DNA from: an uncultured Acetatifactor sp.
GTDB taxonomy: Bacteria > Bacillota > Clostridia > Lachnospirales > Lachnospiraceae
Reading direction: 5' to 3'
Length of the DNA stretch: 64,000 nt
NCBI GenBank assembly: GCA_964604575.1
Contig: CAZRZM010000002.1
Coordinates: 2,627-66,626, forward strand
Below, piece by piece: positions 1 to 8,021 of the stretch (within the stretch, counting starts at the first letter, position 1; the number at the start of each line of letters is the position of its first letter). A program made the translations under genes and the position numbers. Below the pieces are notes generated by a model. It saw nothing but the letters and a program-made list of their open reading frames with translations. It had not been told where the DNA came from and made no database searches.

Positions 1-729
1 CGATTCAGCCATTTTCAGGGCATATTCTTCGATGGTTCCTGCTTCCAGGGGGTCGAGTTTGCTGAATTCACTGTTGTCAAAAACCATCCACATCACATAT
101 GCGCCTTCCCCGACCTGCAGGTCAGCGGCATATCCCACAAAGGGTATGGTGTGTTTTGTCTCTCCGTTATCAAAAATGAGGTTTCCCACATATTTGCACA
201 TGGGAAATCCGTTAATGGTGGTCAGCTCCGTGGTATCCACTTCAAAGGAGGTTTCATAGGAAGTATCATAACCAAGATCACTATCATAATAACCCCACAT
301 GGCTTCACACACCGGCTCGTTGCCGTCCGCAAGCATCGTTTCCAGACTGTCAATGGAATACTTTTTATACCAGCTTTCAAATTTCGCGACAAGGGAGGAA
401 TCTTTCTGATAGGTCACCTCACAAGTATCCATCTCATTATGCGGCATCAGGGTGGGATAATTGATATAAAACCGCACCTTTTTATCCTCTGTATTTCTTG
501 CAGCTATATTCGATTTATATTTAAGTCCCCACTCTTCCCCATCGGAAGTCTCTTTCTTTTCCTCTTGCTTCTCTTCCTCCTGTTCCGTGTTCCCGGACTC
601 TGAGTCCTTATTCTCCCCGCTGTCTTCTGTCTGCCCGTTATTCACGGACGCCTCTTCCTGCTTCCCGCACGCAGCCATGGCACATGCCATGCAGACAACT
701 AAAATCATGGTTAAAAATTTTTTCTTCAT
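1..729 (-). CDS. Lipoprotein, runs off the left edge; not in the ORF track
   Basis: Manual translation from ATG 729: MKKKFLTMILVVCMACAMAACGKQEEASVNNGQTEDSGENKDSESGNTEQEEEKQ..., open for at least 140 codons. RBS AAGGAG. Lipobox MAAC followed by an acidic linker. Confidence 0.85.
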   Translation of the reverse strand, partial: MKKKFLTMILVVCMACAMAACGKQEEASVNNGQTEDSGENKDSESGNTEQEEEKQEEKKETSDGEEWGLKYKSNIAARNTEDKKVRFYINYPTLMPHNEMDTCEVTYQKDSSLVAKFESWYKKYSIDSLETMLADGNEPVCEAMWGYYDSDLGYDTSYETSFEVDTTELTTINGFPMCKYVGNLIFDNGETKHTIPFVGYAADLQVGEGAYVMWMVFDNSEFSKLDPLEAGTIEEYALKMAES

Positions 730-842
730 AAATTATATTCTCCTTTTCATATATATAAATACCTTTTTTAATAGCCCGCAATCCCCCTATATGGAATGGT
801 GGTGGCATCGGACAACTTAAAATCATTTAAACATTTGTAATA

Positions 843-1244
843 TTATACATCCTCTTCTATTACTTTTATTTCCGCTTCATTTTCCATAATCCATTTTTCA
901 AATTCAAACTTGTCCACCCTTTCCATTCCCAGCAAATTTGCAACTGACTCATTAAAGGATTTATAAGTACCAATCTTAATCATATTAAGTCTGACTTCCC
1001 TAACCAGAAAAACATATCCCTTATAGGTAGCTTCTACTTTTCTGTAAAACACTCTGTCTGCTTCTGATTTTTTTATATGTTTCAGACATACAATATATTC
1101 ATTTGTAGGCGTATATATAAATGGTCTGCGCAATTCAAACCCCTCCTGCAAATCCTGGTAGGTAGTTGACCTCAGTATAATTTCATCACAACTAAAGCTT
1201 GCCGGATACAGCTTCCCATGATATACCACATATAAATCCTGCAT
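843..1244 (-). CDS. Putative immunity protein of a polymorphic toxin
   Basis: 133 aa, AT-rich, RBS AAGGAG, starts 13 bp after the toxin-like tip at 1258-1533. Function inferred from position. Confidence 0.6.
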   Translation of the reverse strand: MQDLYVVYHGKLYPASFSCDEIILRSTTYQDLQEGFELRRPFIYTPTNEYIVCLKHIKKSEADRVFYRKVEATYKGYVFLVREVRLNMIKIGTYKSFNESVANLLGMERVDKFEFEKWIMENEAEIKVIEEDV

Positions 1245-1257
1245 ATTGACATCTCCT

Positions 1258-1533
1258 TTAATTTTCTATTGGTAAAAACTTCTTTGCTTCTGCATTATAT
1301 ACTGCCACCACTTCTGTGGAACCATCTTTCCCTATCCTTACTATCTGTGCTCCGTCATTAGGTATCACTCTGTCATCAGTACATTTATACTCAGGAATTA
1401 ACTGACCATTTTCTGACTTTGTAAATCCATTTCCAGTAAAAGGTGGCGTACCTGTATCCATTCCACCAGCACAAAAATCAGGGCTGTATGGTATCCGAAT
1501 ATTTGAAGATTCGATAGACAAAAAGTAGTTCAC
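1258..1533 (-). pseudogene. C-terminal fragment of a probable polymorphic toxin
   Basis: No convincing start or RBS. Contains motif PPFTGNGFTKSENGQLIPEY...DGAQIVRIGKDG. Directly followed by an immunity-like gene. Confidence 0.55.
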
Positions 1534-1612
1534 TTTGTAAATTTTTTATAATATTCTTCATTTTGATAGAACTGAGCAATCTGATAAAATAAATCAACAT
1601 CTTCTTCACTGG

Positions 1613-1950
1613 ATCATACAGCTGCCAGCCAGTAGTCCACTGTCCAGTTACTGGTGTCATTCTCTGCCAGTATTCTGCCCACCATGTCCTATCCGTACAT
1701 GCCGGTCATCAGAAAGAGTATCTGCTCACTGGTTAAACTGTCGCTGTCTGCATTTTCTCTCAGGGTTTCGTCTGTCTGTTTCTCCAGTTCCTCACTGTTC
1801 TGGTACAGCCATATTCGGTGCTCCCAGTCCTCCTCCGAGGTCTGTGCAGGGGGATTCCCTCCGCTGCCGTCTCCGCCTGCGCCGCAACTTTCACCACAAC
1901 ATCATCGCCGCCCAGCCATGCCCTTGCCTGGGATTCCTTGCACATGGATG
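1613..1950 (-). pseudogene. Degraded gene remnant of unknown family
   Basis: GC-richer patch. Frame reads ...AQTSEEDWEHRIWLYQNSEELEKQTDETLRENADSDSLTSEQILFLMTGMYG*DMVGRILAENDTSNWTVDYWLAAV*, with an in-frame TAG at 1689-1691. Confidence 0.35.
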
Positions 1951-2063
1951 CCTCAAAGTCCGCCCATGGGAAAAAGTATAGAAAATACTGCTGCTAAGCG
2001 GTACTATGTACTGGCAACAACTACTGCATGAATATAGACTACTATTATAATTATCTTATCATA

Positions 2064-2381
2064 TTATTTACAATCCAAGATAGTACTTAAATCTTTAACA
2101 AATTTTGTATATTCATTCCTCAACTCACCTTTCAATTCATTCTCAGTCACCTCGTCCATTAACTGTCTTAATTTCACAAATATTTCATTAAAATCCAGTC
2201 CATTTTCTACATAATTCAATATCAAAAAAATATGAATACAAATATTTTCACAAAAACTTTCTTGATATTTATATTCATCCAGAACAGCCGGGAAGATTTG
2301 TTTTTCATTAAATCCCCATTCGTAAAATCGTTGAAAATCTTCTTTTACATACTGTTTTAATTCATCATATTCACAAATCAT
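2064..2381 (-). CDS. Putative immunity protein (Imm3-like, all-alpha)
   Basis: 105 aa, acidic and helical, begins MICEYDELKQYVKEDF. RBS AGAGGT directly after the stop of a toxin-tail remnant. Confidence 0.55.
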   Translation of the reverse strand: MICEYDELKQYVKEDFQRFYEWGFNEKQIFPAVLDEYKYQESFCENICIHIFLILNYVENGLDFNEIFVKLRQLMDEVTENELKGELRNEYTKFVKDLSTILDCK

Positions 2382-2392
2382 TATGTACCTCT

Positions 2393-2437
2393 CTATTTTG
2401 TAAATACATTTAATTCTATATTAGGAAACATTCTTTG
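2393..2437 (-). pseudogene. Extreme C-terminal remnant of a putative deaminase toxin
   Basis: Reads QRMFPNIELNVFTK*, resembling the (F/Y)PNI.(V/L).V ending of BURPS668_1122-type toxin deaminases. Only 14 codons. Confidence 0.4.
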
Positions 2438-2596
2438 CGGTGTCAACCGCATTGGAGGTCTGCTATAGCCAAAGGATACCTATACTTTTTATAATTATTC
2501 ACTTCATTGATATGTATCAGCATAGCTATTAAAAATTTTTCAACTGCTTCCAGCCCAAAAATACTGCTGATTACAAAACAATCTGTATGGATATTT

Positions 2597-4018
2597 TTAC
2601 CTGTAATTAAACTCAACTTTCCATTCTGCAACAGTCTTGCGCAATTCTATGCTAATGTAACACTCACATTCTTTTCCCAAATAGGTAACAGGTATAGTTG
2701 TACTCCATGTGTTTTTCTCTTGAAAATTTTCATAATTTAACACTTCCGGATCCAGACAAGGGCACAACAAAGTAATCTGCTCTTTTAAAATTGAAAAAAC
2801 TTTTTCGTGAAATGCTTCTTTATCTGAACTGTCAAAATAGGCACCTGACTCACCTTCAAAGATGACATTTAAGTAAGTAATGTCATCATCACGCTCAGAA
2901 ATAGTATAGGTAATCTCTATACTCGGACAATCATAAGCCGCCACATCATAAAGACCCTGCTCATATTCAAAGGCAAACAGTTCATATGTTGATGTATTAT
3001 CATCCGATACTGCTTCGGAATATCTGGTCCATCCCAGGCGATTTCGTATAAATTCCACGCCTACATCAATGCTTGTATACTCAGGCATGTCCTGACTAAA
3101 CTCTTTTATATTCCATCCACTGACATTTCCCTCTGTTAAAATGTTCAAATTATACTTTGCATCCTGGAGCATAGGAGTTTTCCCCTGATTAACACAGACA
3201 AAGCCATTTTGCGTTTCAACTGCTTTCATATAAAACTCTATCTGGCAACCGTCTGAAAATTCTGTTATTTTTCTTGTAAAATAGTACAGAGAATCTCCCT
3301 CGGTTGTGACATATTCGCTAAAGTCCATGTCGTTTTCATCTTCTGCCTGTGCATATACCAGGTATTCCGCCACTTCCTCCCCCAAGGTGTCTCTCAATAC
3401 AGAGTAAATATTTTCCTGTACACCGTTTTCTTCCAGCAAAATATCCTTGAAGGAAACAGAAACTGCGTTTATGTTATCAAAGTAAGCGTAATCGGTAGAA
3501 AGGGTAAAATCAAAATCCGCATAAATTTCTCTCCCTCCCTGATTGTCCTTACTTTCACCATTAATTGACTGGCAGAAAACATAATCATGAAAATCTCCTT
3601 CATTGTATGTCTGTGCATTTTGTATATCCTCCCATAATTCTGTCTCCAGCTTATAGTTGTCCGCTATAAAAGAATTTGCCCTAAGCTTTTTTTCTATCTC
3701 ATCAAAATCGTAATCAAAGGGAGATGTTGAAATTTTGACTGAAACGCCACTTATGATTTCATAGTCCTTTACAAAAATTTCCCCTAGAGAAGGCGGCTCC
3801 ACGGTTCTTGTTACCCATAAACTGTTGTTTTCTTTATCTGTGGTGGCTGTGCGGTCATTGTCCTTGTCAGTTTCCCCTTGCACATTATTTCCCACTGTTG
3901 TGTCTTCCTTTTCCGTATTCAGGGATGTTTCCTCTTTCTGTCCGCATGCAGCCATGCCACATATCATAGTTACAAATAAAATCATTGTTACAATTTTCTT
4001 CTTCATCTTTTTCTCCAT
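2597..4018 (-). CDS. Lipoprotein of unknown function
   Basis: 473 aa. MKKKIVTMILFVTMICGMAACGQKEE signal peptide and lipobox; acidic. Confidence 0.85.
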   Translation of the reverse strand: MEKKMKKKIVTMILFVTMICGMAACGQKEETSLNTEKEDTTVGNNVQGETDKDNDRTATTDKENNSLWVTRTVEPPSLGEIFVKDYEIISGVSVKISTSPFDYDFDEIEKKLRANSFIADNYKLETELWEDIQNAQTYNEGDFHDYVFCQSINGESKDNQGGREIYADFDFTLSTDYAYFDNINAVSVSFKDILLEENGVQENIYSVLRDTLGEEVAEYLVYAQAEDENDMDFSEYVTTEGDSLYYFTRKITEFSDGCQIEFYMKAVETQNGFVCVNQGKTPMLQDAKYNLNILTEGNVSGWNIKEFSQDMPEYTSIDVGVEFIRNRLGWTRYSEAVSDDNTSTYELFAFEYEQGLYDVAAYDCPSIEITYTISERDDDITYLNVIFEGESGAYFDSSDKEAFHEKVFSILKEQITLLCPCLDPEVLNYENFQEKNTWSTTIPVTYLGKECECYISIELRKTVAEWKVEFNYR

Positions 4019-4107
4019 TTCTGTTAAATTACATACTCATATATCTTTTTTTCCTTTCCAACTGTACATAATTTTACCAAAAAGTAATCTTCTTTCCTAA
4101 ATAGTGC

Positions 4108-4137
4108 GTAAACGGTCATATTCATGGAGTAAACGGT
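4108..4137 (-). promoter_or_regulatory. LytTR-type direct-repeat binding site
   Basis: ACCGTTTAC-N12-ACCGTTTAC on the minus strand (21-bp period), upstream of a TGgTAAAAT extended -10 facing the lipoprotein gene. Confidence 0.8.
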
Positions 4138-4200
4138 TTAGGCAGAAGCTCGTGCTTGCGTTTTCTTGACGGAACAACCAAAGTATGCTAGAGTAACCGT

Positions 4201-4899
4201 ATGAAAATAGCGATTTGTGACGATGAGACCGTATTTTTAAACAGAATATATAAATACTTATGGCAACAACCGGACTGCTCTGTGGAATGCTTTCTTTCCC
4301 CCATCGAGCTTTTGGCGAAATATGAAGAAGGTATACGATATGACGTGGTTTTTCTGGATGTTATCATGTCTCCCCTAAACGGCATTGAGACAGCCTCAAA
4401 AATCAGGACCTATGACCAGCATACCATTCTAGTATTCTTAACCGCTTATCTGGAGTATGCACCCGCCGGTTATGAAGTAAACGGTTTTCGTTATCTATTA
4501 AAGCCCGTAACAAAAGAAGACATTTCTCATACAATGAAAGATATCTGTATGGAACTTGAGGCTTCCCACAGCTTGTTAATCAAAACTCCTGAGTGTGAGT
4601 TTCTTTTGCATGTACAGGCTCTTCAATATCTGCAGGCTGACAATAAAGACACGGTTCTTTATTATAAAAATGACACAATTACTCTGCGGAAAGGACTGAA
4701 TGAACTGGAAATGCAGCTTCCTTCCTCCTTCTTCTTCCGCATTCACCGTAAATACCTTGTCAATCTGGCTCATGTCAGGGAATTTGACGAGACACACCTG
4801 ACTCTCTCCTGCGGTCACACGCTTCCCATCAGCCGCCGGAAAGGAAAGGCATTCCGTCTCGCTTTAAATGCCTACATAGAAGGAGATACGCGATGCTGA
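4201..4899 (+). CDS. LytTR-family response regulator (AgrA-like)
   Basis: REC domain (KIAICDDE, FLDVIM, YLLKP) plus LytTR domain (FFRIHRKYLVNL, LPISRR). Confidence 0.95.
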   Translation: MKIAICDDETVFLNRIYKYLWQQPDCSVECFLSPIELLAKYEEGIRYDVVFLDVIMSPLNGIETASKIRTYDQHTILVFLTAYLEYAPAGYEVNGFRYLLKPVTKEDISHTMKDICMELEASHSLLIKTPECEFLLHVQALQYLQADNKDTVLYYKNDTITLRKGLNELEMQLPSSFFFRIHRKYLVNLAHVREFDETHLTLSCGHTLPISRRKGKAFRLALNAYIEGDTRC

Positions 4900-6176
4900 T
4901 TCAGCTAATAATTAATCTAATGGAATATTGGATTATTATCTTTCTTATGCAGTATATCTGTTCTGCTCATATAAATTTAAATAAAAAAAACATGATATTA
5001 TGTACAGGCATCAACCTGTTCGGAACCATTATTGTCCAATTATATCCTGAATATTATGATGTCCTTTTCCATATGATGCTAACTGTTGCGCTGACTGTTT
5101 TTTTGTTCAGTTCAAAAAAAACAGCGGATTTACTACGTTTTTTCCCCGCTGCCGCAATCTATTTTATTCTGACAGTTGCTTCCCAGTGTATGCTTGATGA
5201 ACTTACCTCCAATCAAATAAGCTTTGTATTTCAGGATTATACCCTGACGCTGTTTTATCTTGTGACAGATATCACGCTTCTTATCTCCTTAATTATCCTT
5301 GGTTATCTGTTAAACAAATACCAGATTTCCTTACATTTTGGCATAAAAGAAATTTTAGGCGGCATTACACTGCTCTTTTTCTCTTTTATAGATGTGGGGC
5401 TTGTCATACTGCTTAACCGAACCAGTCTAAAACCTGTTCTTTACTATACCTTTGCAGCCGTTTTTGTAGGCGCTTATGTATTTAGTATTGGATACTATCT
5501 ATATAGCATACTTGAATTTCATATCCGGATTTATCGTCAGTCTGTTGCCAGAAATGAGACCGAATACCTGAAACTGCAACTGGCTTCCCTGCAGGATATC
5601 AAAGAAAACGAAGAATACGTCAAAAGAATGCGTCATGACATTGCCAGTCATCTGGCTGTCATCCATTCATTGTGCGAGGAAGGAAATTACAAGAAAGTCC
5701 AAAAATATACAGAACAGTTAAGCGATTACACCATCCTGCCGGACACCAGGATACTCACAGGCAATAAAGTAGCGGATCTGGTTGTTGCCTCAAGAAAAAA
5801 AGTCTGCGAAGAGAACGGCATTTCATTTTCTTTTGAAGGCTCATTAAAGAACCTAAAGGACATGACAGCACCTGACATCTGCGGTCTTTTCTCCAACGCT
5901 TATGACAACGCAATTGAAGCGTGTCTGCCACAATCCCATGCCTACATCCACACCCGGGTAAACACCACCGATAACTATACTGTGATAAAGATTGTGAACT
6001 CTATAGAAAAAAAGGCAGCTATCCGCAGTAACAGTGTAATCACTACCAAAAAAGATAAATTATCTCATGGATACGGTATTGATATCATGAAGAGAATTGC
6101 CTACAAATATAAGGGCAGTGTCACCCTACAGTGTGACGAAAAAGAATTCATAGTCAAAATAGTTATATTAACATGA
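4893..6176 (+). CDS. GHKL sensor histidine kinase (AgrC-like)
   Basis: About 6 TM segments, H-box MRHDIASHL, N-box NAYDNAIEAC, G-box TTKKDKLSHGYG. Overlaps the regulator stop. Confidence 0.95.
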   Translation: MLIQLIINLMEYWIIIFLMQYICSAHINLNKKNMILCTGINLFGTIIVQLYPEYYDVLFHMMLTVALTVFLFSSKKTADLLRFFPAAAIYFILTVASQCMLDELTSNQISFVFQDYTLTLFYLVTDITLLISLIILGYLLNKYQISLHFGIKEILGGITLLFFSFIDVGLVILLNRTSLKPVLYYTFAAVFVGAYVFSIGYYLYSILEFHIRIYRQSVARNETEYLKLQLASLQDIKENEEYVKRMRHDIASHLAVIHSLCEEGNYKKVQKYTEQLSDYTILPDTRILTGNKVADLVVASRKKVCEENGISFSFEGSLKNLKDMTAPDICGLFSNAYDNAIEACLPQSHAYIHTRVNTTDNYTVIKIVNSIEKKAAIRSNSVITTKKDKLSHGYGIDIMKRIAYKYKGSVTLQCDEKEFIVKIVILT

Positions 6177-6249
6177 AAAATGGTATTAGACCGTTTAAGA
6201 AGACCTCATATTGGGGTGATGGTATTATCATTACAGAAACATAACTTAA

Positions 6250-6609
6250 TTATTCCATTATTATAACTTTAATCCCTCTGGCTATTATAATCATATCTGT
6301 CTCAATATTTGTATTGGAAACTTTAAAGATAATATTTCCTTGCGTTACACTATACTTCTTATTAATTTGAACCGCTTCTTCTCCATCAACAACAGAGAGA
6401 AAATCCTTTTTGTTTCCCTCATAAGTGAAGTAAAAATTGCACGAAACCATGTATGGTTGTTCAAATACAATTTTTATTTTATCCATACCTGATTCATCCA
6501 AAAAGCCATATAACTCTAATCCCCCACGGCCTATATTACACATTTCAAAGTCCATCCATAATTGCTCTTTTAGATATTTATTAACTCTATTAATTTCACT
6601 ATCAAACAT
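6250..6609 (-). CDS. Hypothetical protein, orphan immunity-like
   Basis: 119 aa, very AT-rich, RBS GAGG, directly downstream of an immunity-gene remnant. Confidence 0.55.
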   Translation of the reverse strand: MFDSEINRVNKYLKEQLWMDFEMCNIGRGGLELYGFLDESGMDKIKIVFEQPYMVSCNFYFTYEGNKKDFLSVVDGEEAVQINKKYSVTQGNIIFKVSNTNIETDMIIIARGIKVIIME

Positions 6610-6631
6610 TTCTAATTTCCTCTATATATTG

Positions 6632-6770
6632 GACATCCTCTTCATTAAAGGATTTGTAATTACCAATCTTAATCATATTAAGTCAAATCTCCCTGACCAA
6701 AAAAACATATCCTTTATAAACAGCTTCTATTTTTCTGTAAAACACTCTGTCTGCTTCTGATTTTTTATAT
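6632..6770 (-). pseudogene. Truncated, internally deleted paralog of the 843-1244 gene
   Basis: 6643-6770 aligns to 950-1078 with about 13 mismatches and 1 indel by manual alignment. Confidence 0.85.
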
Positions 6771-6894
6771 ATTACCAGACTTCTGAAAACAGCTTAAGGA
6801 AAAAGGGCGCCTGAAAAAATAAGACCAGAGGGTCATTGCGCCCTAAAATAAGTCCGCTAAAAAGAAAAGAAAGAATCAGGGGCTAAAATCAGTA

Positions 6895-7950
6895 TTAACC
6901 GACAGCATTACTATTTCCTTCATTTTTTCCCGCCTGCTTCTTAGCTTTCTTTGCAATGCTTCTCCGGTAGCTCACACGGATAATCACTATAATTACCGCA
7001 AACACAACTATCCAGAGTACCATATAGGGACTATTCACAGCCACCCAGATACCAAACTCTTTAAATCCATCTCCGATATCTTCAAGACTCTCCATGAAGC
7101 CGCCGCTGATACGCTGCCAGGTGGTTTCCTCCTCTTCCACTACCACGGTCAGTTCCTTCACTTCGTCAATATTCAGATATATGGTACTGTAATCAACCTT
7201 GTTATCAAAAGTACGGAGCTGTGCCTCCATGCTCTCAAGCTGATAGCGGATATTGGAAAGTCTCTGCTCAATGGTAAGCATATCCTCAATGGTCTCTGCC
7301 TGTTCCAAAAATCCCAGAAGTCTGTCATGCTCCGCCTGAAGCACCTGTTTGTGGCTCTCCAGGTCTACGTAGGTTAATGTTACATCTTCCACATTATCGG
7401 AACGCCTCACAACATTACTGATGTCCGATACCGTATCCAAAAAGCCCTGCAATTTTGTCTGGGGAATACGGATAACCATATTGGCATTCCGCGCACTGCT
7501 GTATCCCGAATAACGGCTTCCGTTATAGGTGTCCATGCTTTCTATGTAACCGCCAAGCTGATTCACCTGGTCCTCCAAAGTGGCAAGAACCTTATCAAAC
7601 TCCTTGGTCTCCACATTCATGTCCACAGTCCTAATCAGCTTCCGGCCGTTGTCTTTCACATCCACCGCTGCCCCGGAATCACCTGATGCCTGCTCTCCCG
7701 GCTCTTCCCATTCCGTATCATAGTCTGCCATATCATAATCCGAGAAACTTTCTTCCGTCATATAACTGCTGCTTCCCCAGCTTTCGGAAGCAGCAACATT
7801 ATTGGTATAATACCCATCTTCGGCCATAGTTGTATCTGCAGGACTATTATATTTAGATACACCACCGCAGCCTCCCAGAACCAGCACTATAGATGTAACC
7901 AGACACAGTGCTGCACCTTTTTGCAACCGTACTTTCAAATTTTTCTTCAT
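6895..7950 (-). CDS. DUF4349-domain lipoprotein
   Basis: Lipobox LGGC; RKLIRTVDMNVET, EDVTLTYVDLE, VDYSTIYLNIDEV motifs; C-terminal TM helix. Confidence 0.9.
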   Translation of the reverse strand: MKKNLKVRLQKGAALCLVTSIVLVLGGCGGVSKYNSPADTTMAEDGYYTNNVAASESWGSSSYMTEESFSDYDMADYDTEWEEPGEQASGDSGAAVDVKDNGRKLIRTVDMNVETKEFDKVLATLEDQVNQLGGYIESMDTYNGSRYSGYSSARNANMVIRIPQTKLQGFLDTVSDISNVVRRSDNVEDVTLTYVDLESHKQVLQAEHDRLLGFLEQAETIEDMLTIEQRLSNIRYQLESMEAQLRTFDNKVDYSTIYLNIDEVKELTVVVEEEETTWQRISGGFMESLEDIGDGFKEFGIWVAVNSPYMVLWIVVFAVIIVIIRVSYRRSIAKKAKKQAGKNEGNSNAVG

Positions 7951-8021
7951 TCACCATTTCCTCCCTGTCATAAAAAGTTCAAAACAGCCTTTATCAGGCT
8001 CTATATCTTTATAAACGGTTT

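Noticed and set aside
32-826. Listed ORFs 32-259, 151-603, 587-820 and 638-826
   Set aside because: Antisense or off-frame shadows of the minus-strand lipoprotein starting at 729.
2443-2631. 62-aa ORF between the lipoprotein and the toxin scar
   Set aside because: Overlaps the lipoprotein end and has no RBS; may hold another relic fragment but this is unsupported.
4201-6176. Complete agr quorum-sensing locus
   Set aside because: No agrB or agrD-like peptide gene nearby; only the regulator and kinase are present.
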